From NCBI GenBank assembly GCA_038244085.1, contig JBBRTX010000001.1, forward strand, positions 74,064-138,063: a stretch of DNA of 64,000 nt, given 5' to 3'. The position numbers and the translations under genes are program-made. Below the pieces are notes generated by a model that was given only the letters and a program-made list of their open reading frames with translations, was not told where the DNA came from and ran no database searches. Position 1 is the first letter of the stretch, and every line of letters starts with the position of its first letter. Below, one piece after another: positions 56,901 through 64,000 of the stretch. This stretch comes from Bacteroidales bacterium (GTDB lineage Bacteria > Bacteroidota > Bacteroidia > Bacteroidales > FEN-979).

Positions 56901-59654
56901 TGTAACAGTTCCCAATGCCGGGAGAACCGTGCTTGTATAGGTATAATTTCCCTGGAGGCTGTAGCAAACAGGATTTGGTCCGGCTATGCTGCAGGTCGGA
57001 ATTGGATTAACAGTAACCGTCTTGCAGCATGTCTGAACTGCAGTACATCCATCGCGTGTTACCAACAAGCAAAGGGTGTAACTTCCGGATACTCCTGCAA
57101 CTACATTTACCGTGGATGCATTTGTGGCTCCGCTGATGGAACCATTTCCTGTAATCGACCAGGAATAGGTACCAGTGGTATAACCCACAGGCAGGATAGC
57201 ACCTGAATAAACATTGGTAGTTCCTCCGCATACCGGATCAGGACCGGTGATTTGGCAGGTCGGTATGGGTTTTACAATTACCGTCTTGTTGCATGTTCCC
57301 GGGCAATTATTCCTGGTAATGGCATCGGTAACGATATATTGACCCGTAGCACCTGCGAGTACTGTAACAGAGGCAGTATTGGTTGCTCCTTGTATCGTAC
57401 CATTGCCTGTGATGCTCCATGAGTGGGTAACAATTCCACCTGCCGGAAGCACAACATTTGCGTGCGTGTTGGTTGAATTACCGCAAACGGCATCAGGACC
57501 ATCAATTGTACAGGTTGGATTGGGATTTACTGTTACAATAACACTGCATGAACTCGGGCAGTCATTACGAACGATATCATCCTGAACAGTATAAGTTCCG
57601 GATGCACCGGCAATAACGATGAGGGTAGCACTTGTATGACCTCCGCTGATCGTTCCGTTACCGGTTAAAGTCCAATGATGTGTGACCACTCCTCCAGACG
57701 GAAGTACCGTGCTGGTGTAAGTATTGGTTGTTGCACCGCAAACCGCAAGTGGTCCCGCAATGGAACAAGTCGGCATCGGGTTGACGATGACTGTTTTACT
57801 TTTTACACCCGGACATCCCTCGCGGGTAAAGTTATCGGTGATGGTAAAGGTACCTGATGCACCTGCACGAACCCTCACAATGGGTTCTGTCCAGAACCAA
57901 ACAATCTCGTTACCGTTTCCGAGCATAACTCCGTCACCGGTGATCGTCCAGTAATGTGTCTCTGTTCCGAGAAGCGGGAGGACAAAGATATCATATTCAT
58001 TAATCGTTCCGCCGCATACAGGATCAGGACCGCTGATGGTAGCCGTCGGTGTTTCTTTAACAAGAACTGTTCTTATACAAAATCCCGGACAGCCATTACG
58101 GACAATATTATCCGTGAGGATATAAAGGCCATCATCACCGGCAATTACGTTAACTGTAGCAAGGTTGGTTGGTCCGCTGATGGTTCCATTGCCTGTGATT
58201 GACCAGGAATGGGTTACCGTTCCGTCGAGCGGATTCACTACAGATGTATAGAGGTTAGTTGTTCTTTCACATACATCACCAGGACCTTCTATTGCACAAA
58301 TTGGGTTGGGATTAACAATTACCGTCTTGCTGCAGGTTCCGGCACAACCGTTCCTTGTCAGATTGTCAGTAACTGTATAGGAACCGGAGAGGCCAGCATG
58401 AACGTTAACAGTAGCCAGGTTGGTGGCACCGTTAATCGTCCCGTTTCCTGTGATGGTCCATGAATGTACTACGGTTCCGCCTGCAGGAAGCACGGTGCTT
58501 GTATGGTTATTATACGAAAGTCCGCATACTGCCGAAGGTCCGTCAATTGTACAGGTCGGGTTTTTATTTACCACAACTGTCTTGGAGCACCATCCGGCGC
58601 ATCCATCCCGGTTGACCGCATCGGTGATCGTAAAAGATCCGTCACCGACACCGGCAAGAACTGTTACCGTTGAGCCGTCACTAGCACCGACAATTGTGCC
58701 ATCACCAGTAATGGTCCATGAATGAGTAACCGTACCTCCATCCGGAAGAACACCGGAAGAGTAAGTATTGGTTGTAAGACCGCAAACCGGAGCAGGCCCG
58801 GTGATTGTACAGGTTGGATTTGGTTTAACTACAATCGTGACTGGTACAGAGTCAACACAGCCAAAACCATCCTTTACCTTGAAGTATAAAAGGTATTCAC
58901 CGGCATTCGGGGAAGTAAAATAAGGATTTGAAATGGTTGTACTGTTAAGATAAACAGCACCGGGTCCCGACCATTTATAGGTGTATGGGAACGCAGTTGT
59001 ATTGTGCTGTCCAATCAGTTGCAGGGGTGCATACTGACAAGTCGTATAAGGGGGATTTACCCATGCATTCAGTAAGCTTGCGCGGCCATTTACGTAGTTG
59101 GCTGCTGCCTGGCATAGAATATCACTGCCGAAAGCAAGAACCTGGGCTGCATTGGAATAAGCGGATTGATAAACATCCCAGTTCAAAGCGGTCACACCAC
59201 CACCCGGTGGCAGAAAGTTGAAGGTGAGATTGAAGATAACTTGTCCGTCATTCAGGAACCACCCGCTGCCAAGCGTGAAAGCAGGATATGTCCATGAAAT
59301 TGTAACGGAGCCGGGGCCATTGGGCTGACCAACCATTGGGGCTGGAAACCCGGAAGGAAGATTGGGTGCCGTTATCACTCCTGCGAATTGCAGTACAGTC
59401 GGATCGAAATCAAACTTGAGAGAAATAGCGGCAATATCCGCAAAATTGACCCCGCTGTTCGTTATCGGAACAACAATTGTCCCGGCCTGCTGAACGCAAA
59501 TAAACGGGAGCTGGGTGATCGGTGCACAACCCGTGCATGGACAACACCCTATAAATTGGCCCGGGACACCACAGGGTCCTTGGGCTGAAACCATGTTAAT
59601 GCCGGTTATCAGCATCAGCAAGGTTACAAGGATAGGTAATAATTTCGTTTTCAT
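53967..59654 (-). CDS. 1895-aa T9SS-sorted surface protein: Cys cluster, cohesin-like module, 12 Cys-framed Ig-like repeats, CarboxypepD_reg-like + dockerin-like segment, second cohesin-like module, Por tail
   Basis: Signal peptide MKTKLLPILVTLLMLITGINMVSAQ. Cohesin-like GTIVVPITNSGVNFADIAAISLKFDFDPTVLQF. Second cohesin-like GQEFELPVYATTAMGLSAVSLVLNVPSDLVEV. Tail HPNPFKDYSTISYTL...SGIYMAVLKFKNGTDELLRTIKIVVNK. Confidence 0.85.
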   Translation of the reverse strand: MKTKLLPILVTLLMLITGINMVSAQGPCGVPGQFIGCCPCTGCAPITQLPFICVQQAGTIVVPITNSGVNFADIAAISLKFDFDPTVLQFAGVITAPNLPSGFPAPMVGQPNGPGSVTISWTYPAFTLGSGWFLNDGQVIFNLTFNFLPPGGGVTALNWDVYQSAYSNAAQVLAFGSDILCQAAANYVNGRASLLNAWVNPPYTTCQYAPLQLIGQHNTTAFPYTYKWSGPGAVYLNSTTISNPYFTSPNAGEYLLYFKVKDGFGCVDSVPVTIVVKPNPTCTITGPAPVCGLTTNTYSSGVLPDGGTVTHSWTITGDGTIVGASDGSTVTVLAGVGDGSFTITDAVNRDGCAGWCSKTVVVNKNPTCTIDGPSAVCGLSYNNHTSTVLPAGGTVVHSWTITGNGTINGATNLATVNVHAGLSGSYTVTDNLTRNGCAGTCSKTVIVNPNPICAIEGPGDVCERTTNLYTSVVNPLDGTVTHSWSITGNGTISGPTNLATVNVIAGDDGLYILTDNIVRNGCPGFCIRTVLVKETPTATISGPDPVCGGTINEYDIFVLPLLGTETHYWTITGDGVMLGNGNEIVWFWTEPIVRVRAGASGTFTITDNFTREGCPGVKSKTVIVNPMPTCSIAGPLAVCGATTNTYTSTVLPSGGVVTHHWTLTGNGTISGGHTSATLIVIAGASGTYTVQDDIVRNDCPSSCSVIVTVNPNPTCTIDGPDAVCGNSTNTHANVVLPAGGIVTHSWSITGNGTIQGATNTASVTVLAGATGQYIVTDAITRNNCPGTCNKTVIVKPIPTCQITGPDPVCGGTTNVYSGAILPVGYTTGTYSWSITGNGSISGATNASTVNVVAGVSGSYTLCLLVTRDGCTAVQTCCKTVTVNPIPTCSIAGPNPVCYSLQGNYTYTSTVLPALGTVTHAWTITGAATIVGSTTDASVMIHTTTNAEGTFTLCDNIVRNGCASSCCITVVVNPNPTCTIDGPDAVCALSTGNVYANVVLPAGGIVTHSWSITGNGTITSGLTGSSVTVTATAAGTYTVTDAITRNGCPGSCSKTVTVNPIPTCSIAGDANVCGGSAGSYTSTVLPAGGTVTHLWSITGNGTINGANNTATVDIIAGLVDGPFTLTDNITRNGCASSCTKTVQVSAIPTCSIDGPISVCQGSTNTHTSTVLPAGGTVTHHWNVTGHGIIIGSHTLATVTILAGSEDSYTVTDEIYRNNCYGICSKTVIVHPLPILECATLQFMVGTGPWIEMNGLCMNYNMCLDPAVPSYYLDINTLTATQPLMDNFLNPFKLTNVPNAAAYFAYWAARGVVAGATGWQGQMWLIINGNAPFFYVKKVGTDYKLVDGLQYWVAGNTGEPMLTVPGDYPPDNYTFTGSIKDIYNCTSLDIPIHITFNRNPSCLITGESYVCPGALNNVYTGPSGLNYLWTISGNGTIIGSAIQQTVNVTALGAGTFTLCLKTTDPQTGCFSNCCKTVTVVFRNLSGTITYPNCYTTTMSNVGVGLVPVPGTVPIQTATTNASGQYSFTNLCAGDYTVIVTQNNKPVGGINSTDAAQVLIWPTILFPIQHSRFLQGDVTNDNLLTGFDALRIQQFFVSGTPFTRAPWSYWKKGDMLNTQIPAPPLTWFVKLLASADLVNIDLLAGVTGDFNESYIPGSAKAETENLEITYGSTRNVGAGQEFELPVYATTAMGLSAVSLVLNVPSDLVEVKDVTVTGSNSPVSYSVNDNVLKISWYSETSMQVAETDAVVILKLKTTSAFVEGSTFRLTLAGDPLNELADADAMVIPHAQLGVEVIANSPVGIIDPNGKDFSLNCHPNPFKDYSTISYTLPESGEVTLEIMNMVGQVIATYVNEPQASGKHNVKLASTQMPSGIYMAVLKFKNGTDELLRTIKIVVNK
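55956..58811 (-). repeat. 11 tandem coding repeats of 85-92 aa (255-276 bp), with a 12th diverged copy at 55218-55457
   Basis: Consensus C(T/S)I.GP..VCG..TN.Y.S.VLPAGG.VTHSW.ITGNGTI.GA.N..TV.V.AG..G.YTVTD.I.RNGC.G.CSKTV.VNPNPT. Boundaries come from residue counting (residues 282-1233). Copies differ at many synonymous sites. Confidence 0.85.
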
Positions 59655-59866
59655 AATTTTCGATTTTTGATTGTGTCAATCGTACATTTGCAGCGCAGCA
59701 AACCGATTTCGCAGGGTTAAACGGGGGAATCTCTTGTCCGTTTACGCGCCTTTCCGCATGTCCAAACACAGGTCTTCCTGCATTTGACGGAATGGCAAAC
59801 TGGGGTAAATAATGAATCCATTTTCCTGAAGATTAAGGAACCCATGCGACGCAGACGACGCGGATC

Positions 59867-59908
59867 CGTGTTTGGGCAATCCCTTTTACAAACATTAATC
59901 CAAACACG
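59867..59908. promoter_or_regulatory. 9-bp perfect inverted repeat CGTGTTTGG-N24-CCAAACACG in the leader of the 1895-aa gene (candidate activator site)
   Basis: Arms at 59867-59875 and 59900-59908. A third CCAAACAC copy lies at 59762-59769. GCAAACTG also occurs twice (59795-59802 and 59908-59915). The sites lie 108-254 nt upstream of the ATG. Confidence 0.3.
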
Positions 59909-60147
59909 CAAACTGCTGATATTCAGAACGTATGATAATCGTAGGTGAAATACAGGGTGATCATTTCCGGGCAATTGGAAGCAACAAAATTCCGCAAATA
60001 AAGCAACAAAGCCTGTTAGCAGCGATTTGCCCGAATATGGGCAGATGTCCGGTTTAAAAGTTAGTCCCTTGACCTGGATACGAAATACATAAAAGGGGCA
60101 AAAGCCGGCTGGCCCTCACCCGAAAAGAAAAAAACGTGAAATTGAAT

Positions 60148-61524
60148 CTAGAAAACAATCTGAAGCTTCATGATCCGGCGATCCAAAGCTTGTCTTGAAA
60201 TAGATAGAAGCCTGGCAGCTTCCGATTTGTTGTTTTTTGTCTGTGTAAGTGCCTGAATGATGGTTTTCTTCTCCACATCAAACAAATTCAACGATAACTG
60301 GGCCTGAATGCTTCCATTCCGGTCAGCCGTCCGTTGACCATCAAACCGGAAATTTTTCAGTGTCAGTTTGTTTTCATCAGACATGATCACGGCACCTTCA
60401 ACAAGATTTCTCAGTTCCCGCACATTCCCCGGGAATGAATAGGCCATGAGCCTTTCCATGGCGCGGTCATCAATGGGTTTTGCCGCCTTGTTCATTCTTG
60501 CGGAAATAACAGAAACATAATGATTTAACAGAACAGGGATATCCACTTTTCTTTCCCTCAGTGGCGGAATATGTATATGAAAAGCGTGTAACCGGTGGTA
60601 GAGATCTTCCCTGAACATCTTTTTCTCGATCAGTTTGTGAAGATCCTGGTTGGTGGCAGAGATAATCCGCAGATTCAGATTGACTTCCTGATGTGAACCG
60701 ATCTTATGAATGGTCTTGTCATCCAGTACCCTCAAGAATTTAGATTGCATGCACAACGGCAATTCCGTGATCTCATCAAGAAACAATGTACCCTTGTTGG
60801 CCATCTCGAACCATCCGATGGATTTCTCAATCGCCCCGGTAAAGGCACCTTTTATATGACCAAAGAACTCGCTTTCAAAAAGGCTATCGGGTATGGCCGA
60901 GCAGTTTACAGCATGAAAGGCATGAGACTGACGGTTACTCAGGGCATGAATGCCTCTGGCCACCAGTTCTTTGCCGGTACCGCTTTCTCCTGTGATCATG
61001 ACAGAAGTGTCTTCGGCCTGGGAAACAAGAAGGATAAGACTGGCGATGGTTTTAATGGAAGTGCTCGCCCCGATGATTTGCGGACCGGACTTCAGCCTGG
61101 ACTCATTTATAAAATGCTGAAAGTTCAGATCCAGTTGATTTGAATGATTCCGGAATTTTAAAAATGACCTGGTCTGCTCAAGTGCAGCCTTCAATTCAGG
61201 AAAATGCAATGTTCCGCATAGGGAATCAGAAAGTCCGTATTTAAAAGGTTTCAAGGATTTCTCACCGCTGCTCTCCGGATCGACCACCAGCATCTCCAGA
61301 TCCGGGAATCCTGATTTCAGGCTTCTGATAAAGTTTGTCGCTGAGCCATTAATATGCGTCAAATCAAGAAGTATGATATCAATATTGGTTTCACGAAGTA
61401 TCTGAACGGCAGTGACAGGATCAGCGGTATGATGCAACACAACTTCTTCAGGGAGGTTATATCCCCGAATCTGTTCGGTTAAAGAGCCATGCCCCTCTAA
61501 AACTAACAACTTTATCCTGTTCAT
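60148..61524 (-). CDS. sigma54-dependent transcriptional activator (NtrC family: receiver + AAA+ + Fis-type HTH)
   Basis: Walker A GESGTGKELVARGIH, an intact sigma54-contact loop GAFTGA, Walker B LFLDEITEL, and C-terminal NKSEAARLLSISRQALDRRI. The receiver has LVLEGHG in place of the usual acidic pair. The start is set at the ATG at 61524. Confidence 0.85.
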   Translation of the reverse strand: MNRIKLLVLEGHGSLTEQIRGYNLPEEVVLHHTADPVTAVQILRETNIDIILLDLTHINGSATNFIRSLKSGFPDLEMLVVDPESSGEKSLKPFKYGLSDSLCGTLHFPELKAALEQTRSFLKFRNHSNQLDLNFQHFINESRLKSGPQIIGASTSIKTIASLILLVSQAEDTSVMITGESGTGKELVARGIHALSNRQSHAFHAVNCSAIPDSLFESEFFGHIKGAFTGAIEKSIGWFEMANKGTLFLDEITELPLCMQSKFLRVLDDKTIHKIGSHQEVNLNLRIISATNQDLHKLIEKKMFREDLYHRLHAFHIHIPPLRERKVDIPVLLNHYVSVISARMNKAAKPIDDRAMERLMAYSFPGNVRELRNLVEGAVIMSDENKLTLKNFRFDGQRTADRNGSIQAQLSLNLFDVEKKTIIQALTQTKNNKSEAARLLSISRQALDRRIMKLQIVF

Positions 61525-61664
61525 TGCTCTAAATAAAATCTGATTGACCCCAAGCACTATTCCAGAAAAGTGCTTTTATGAAAATTTCAGCGTACCAAAG
61601 CTAACCCGAAGTATTGCGTAAGGCAAGAGTAAAAAGGCTGAAATTTATTAGGCTAAAAACCCAT

Positions 61665-61709
61665 AGGTATAAATACCTTATCCCCAGTATTTATACTTAG
61701 CGTATATAC
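61665..61709. promoter_or_regulatory. cluster of three GTAT-Nx-ATAC palindromes between the LuxR-type gene and the sigma54 activator gene
   Basis: AGGTATAAATACCT (61665-61678), AGTATTTATACT (61686-61697) and GTATATAC (61702-61709). Confidence 0.25.
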
Positions 61710-61731
61710 ACATATATAACGGGGTTTATTG

Positions 61732-62415
61732 CTATACCTGAAGGCTGGATTTCAACATTTCATCAGGTAGGAGGAGGTTGTGAACAATGGCGAAACGCAT
61801 CAGATGGGCTGAATTCCTGGCCCCGAACTTAATCAGCAGGTTATTGCGATAACCATCAACTGTTCGTTTGCTCAGATGGAGCAGCTCCCCTATTTCCTTA
61901 TCGGAAAATCCAAGGCTTATAAGACTCAGTACTTCCTTTTCTCTTCGGGAGAGGATTACATCCGATTCAACGAAGTTGTTGCTGCTTAATAAGGAAGTAT
62001 TATCTTCCTGGCTGATTTTTGTCGAGATATAAAATCTTCCTTCCGTCACATTATGAAGACCATGGAGAAATTCATGCCGGTCGGCCGTCTGGTTCATGAT
62101 CCCGCAGATATTTGAATCAAAAACATTACCGGGGTTAATCCCCAGGCCTTCATCACACAAACAGATCACCCTGATACACTTGATTTTCATGACCTCATTA
62201 AAAATCGGTCTGAGACATCGAACCGTACTGATAAGGATTCCCTTTTGGTGTTCCTGGATGACCAAATTCATTTCCTCCCAGGATCCGGTTGAATGAATAA
62301 TTTTATAATCGGGTTCCGACAAAATCCATTGCCGTATACCCTCAAGAATCACAGGCCGGTCCTCAAGAATAAATAATTTTATCGCCTTTGGATTAATCTT
62401 TTCCTCTCGTTTCAC
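61732..62415 (-). CDS. LuxR/FixJ-type response regulator with atypical receiver
   Basis: C-terminal HTH LSRREKEVLSLISLGFSDKEIGELLHLSKRTVDGYRNNLLIKFG. The N-terminal receiver-like fold starts KLFILEDRPVILEG, but I see no clear phospho-acceptor Asp context. GTG start. Confidence 0.7.
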   Translation of the reverse strand: MKREEKINPKAIKLFILEDRPVILEGIRQWILSEPDYKIIHSTGSWEEMNLVIQEHQKGILISTVRCLRPIFNEVMKIKCIRVICLCDEGLGINPGNVFDSNICGIMNQTADRHEFLHGLHNVTEGRFYISTKISQEDNTSLLSSNNFVESDVILSRREKEVLSLISLGFSDKEIGELLHLSKRTVDGYRNNLLIKFGARNSAHLMRFAIVHNLLLPDEMLKSSLQV

Positions 62416-62570
62416 GCAAAAATCTATCTATACAGATTGAAATAAATTCACAGGCACATCACGACAAATATAATATATATTTGATCAAATGTCAATAATT
62501 AAAAAAGAATAATTGATAATTTTGTCTTCTCCTGCCACAAAAGCCTCATTTTTGCAAATCCATTTATCCT

Positions 62571-62578
62571 TACCTTTG
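62571..62578 (+). promoter_or_regulatory. candidate Bacteroidetes -7 box (TACCTTTG) upstream of the Omp85-family gene
   Basis: Exact TAnnTTTG match 30 nt upstream of the ATG at 62608, with a TTTG at 62551-62554 as a possible -33 element. Confidence 0.35.
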
Positions 62579-62607
62579 TGATAAACCGAGCCAACATTCC
62601 ATTGAAC

Positions 62608-64000
62608 ATGAAACAAAGAGCCAGCTTATTCTTCCTGCTTATTCTGGCCCTGGTTTTTGATTCCTGTAATGTTACCCGTAACTACCCCCCAAAGGATTAC
62701 CTGCTCATCAATAACAAATTCGTTATCGATAATAAAAAAATTGACAAGGATGAGTTAAGCGGCTATCTTCAGCAATTTCCCAACGACAAGTTGTTTGGGG
62801 TCTTTCGTGCCAACATTGCCTTTTATAACCTCGGAAGCAAGGGTAGGGATACGAAGTCTAAAAAATGGATCCGTACCAAACTCGGTGCAACGCCCATATT
62901 GCTGGATACAAGTCTCAGTTTGCTGGCTAAAAAACAGATGATCATCTATCTGGGTAATAAAGGATTTTTCCAGAGCAGGGTGGAAGATTCGATCGTGTAT
63001 AAAAAACAGCGGGCAACGGTCTTTTATGTCGTGAAAACAAAACAGCCCTATACCGTTCATAATATAATCTATTCTGTTCAGGATAGTTCACTTGCGTCTT
63101 TTGTGATGAAGGATACCAGCAAATGTCTGATCCGTCCCGGAAAAAATTATGATGCCTATCTTCTGTCCGATGAAAGAGCTCGGATCACCAACAATCTAAC
63201 CAACTATGGTTTTTACAAATTCTCGAGTTCTTACATTATCTTTCATATTGACAGTTCGTTATCGGCCCGGCAGATGGATATCCGGGTGGAAATCCGGAAT
63301 CCCAATTATGGAAAACATCACCGGTATTTTATCAATAACATCTATATATATCCGGAATTCGACCTCCTGGATCCCGACACGCTCACCCTTGATACGCTGG
63401 TAAGGACTTACAGGGCGGCCGGGCCAGATACCATTTTCAACACCTATTATTATTTATACAGGAATGACTTTTCTATCAAACCCAGAACCATTGCCCAGGC
63501 GATTATCATTAAATCCGGAACACCCTTTAACATTCCGGAGGTGAATTACACTTATACCCAACTGACGGCGCTCCAGGTCTTCAAATTTGTAAACATTCAG
63601 TTTCGTGAAGTCCCGCAAAAAGATTCCACATCCCCTCATTTACTGGATTGTAAAATTCAGCTCTCCCGATCCACCAATCAGACTTTTTCTGTTTCTGCGG
63701 ATGGAACGAACTCCAGCGGAGCATTCGGAATGCAGGGCAACTTCTCAGCACAGCACCGGAACCTCTTTGGCGGTGCTCAGCAATTCAGGCTCAACCTTTC
63801 TGCTTCGGCACAAATGCAGGGTAACCTTGGTTCAAGCATCAAGAATAACCTCCTGAATTCCATTGAACTGGGTGCCAACGCCAATCTCACCTTCCCGCAA
63901 TTCCTGATTCCGATCCGGCCGGAAAGACTGGCCAAATCCTTTCATCCGAGAACAACTATTACGGTAGGTTATAATTATCAGCGTCAGCCTGATTATAGCC
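62608..64000 (+). CDS. lipidated TamA/BamA-family (Omp85) outer-membrane protein, TamL-like, partial (runs off window end)
   Basis: My own translation from the ATG at 62608 is open to the end of the window. MKQRASLFFLLILALVFDSC is a lipoprotein-type signal. POTRA-like segments are followed by barrel-start strands GAFGMQGNFSAQHRNLFGGAQQFRLNLSAS. Confidence 0.6.
   Translation, partial: MKQRASLFFLLILALVFDSCNVTRNYPPKDYLLINNKFVIDNKKIDKDELSGYLQQFPNDKLFGVFRANIAFYNLGSKGRDTKSKKWIRTKLGATPILLDTSLSLLAKKQMIIYLGNKGFFQSRVEDSIVYKKQRATVFYVVKTKQPYTVHNIIYSVQDSSLASFVMKDTSKCLIRPGKNYDAYLLSDERARITNNLTNYGFYKFSSSYIIFHIDSSLSARQMDIRVEIRNPNYGKHHRYFINNIYIYPEFDLLDPDTLTLDTLVRTYRAAGPDTIFNTYYYLYRNDFSIKPRTIAQAIIIKSGTPFNIPEVNYTYTQLTALQVFKFVNIQFREVPQKDSTSPHLLDCKIQLSRSTNQTFSVSADGTNSSGAFGMQGNFSAQHRNLFGGAQQFRLNLSASAQMQGNLGSSIKNNLLNSIELGANANLTFPQFLIPIRPERLAKSFHPRTTITVGYNYQRQPDYS

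Noticed and set aside
55956-58811. Regular ~255-bp periodicity that could be mistaken for a CRISPR-like or satellite array.
   Set aside because: The period is far too long for CRISPR. The whole region is one uninterrupted reading frame that encodes protein-domain repeats. No cas genes are present.
59688-59704. Possible sigma54 -24/-12 element (minus strand CGGTTTGCTGCGCTGCA) upstream of the giant gene.
   Set aside because: The GG-to-GC spacing is one nucleotide longer than the canonical TGGCAC-N5-TTGC, and the -24 hexamer is poor. I found no better match upstream of the other locus genes either.
59717-59974. 85-aa minus-strand ORF in the long leader between the activator gene and the giant gene.
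   Set aside because: It is Arg/Cys-rich and compositionally odd, with no signal peptide or motif. It overlaps the repeated 8-mers, which look regulatory. It is probably non-coding.
62479-62490. 12-bp perfect palindrome ATTTGATCAAAT in the LuxR/TamL divergent spacer, as an FNR/CRP-type box.
   Set aside because: FNR/CRP boxes are TTGAT-N4-ATCAA, and this one has no spacer. It sits in a very AT-rich stretch where such palindromes arise easily.

Overview
This is a Bacteroidota-type chromosomal segment. The evidence is T9SS C-terminal sorting domains, gldF/gldG, a lipidated TamA-like Omp85, TAnnTTTG-type -7 boxes, and almost no Shine-Dalgarno signal. I call about 46 protein genes and one tRNA-Val. 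I saw no rRNA, CRISPR array, transposase or integrase. Housekeeping genes are gcvT, miaA, a prolyl oligopeptidase, cstA, gdhA, upp, dnaX, a RecD-like helicase, an FtsX permease and a PlsC-type acyltransferase. An 8 kb minus-strand block holds envelope genes (GT4, Wzy-like, GT2, Wzx-like, DUF4340-like, gldG, gldF). Three regions look non-routine. (1) 47.2-62.4 kb carries a sigma54 activator and a LuxR-type regulator upstream of four large secreted proteins. Together these proteins hold about 7 cohesin-like modules and dockerin-like Ca-loop pairs, and one 1895-aa protein has 12 Cys-framed Ig-like repeats. Three of the four carry T9SS tails. This looks like a non-cellulosomal cohesin-dockerin surface assembly. 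Beside it sits a mini-protein that is little more than a signal peptide plus a PEP-CTERM-style sorting tail. (2) 14.1-27.6 kb is a six-gene minus-strand operon. A NuoE-like gene, a NuoF-like gene and a fused 2Fe2S-GltD-NuoG/MopB-like gene (Bfu/Stn-type flavin redox complex) plus a ferritin-like gene are bracketed by two paralogous receiver-PPDK_N (ATP-grasp only) proteins. The operon diverges from gdhA. (3) 8.2-12.2 kb is an ECF sigma / anti-sigma / exported TPR-CHAT triad. dnaX also contains an A9 tract at the tau/gamma boundary, with stops close by in both alternative frames. All domain calls come from motif reading by eye, because no HMM or BLAST search could be run.
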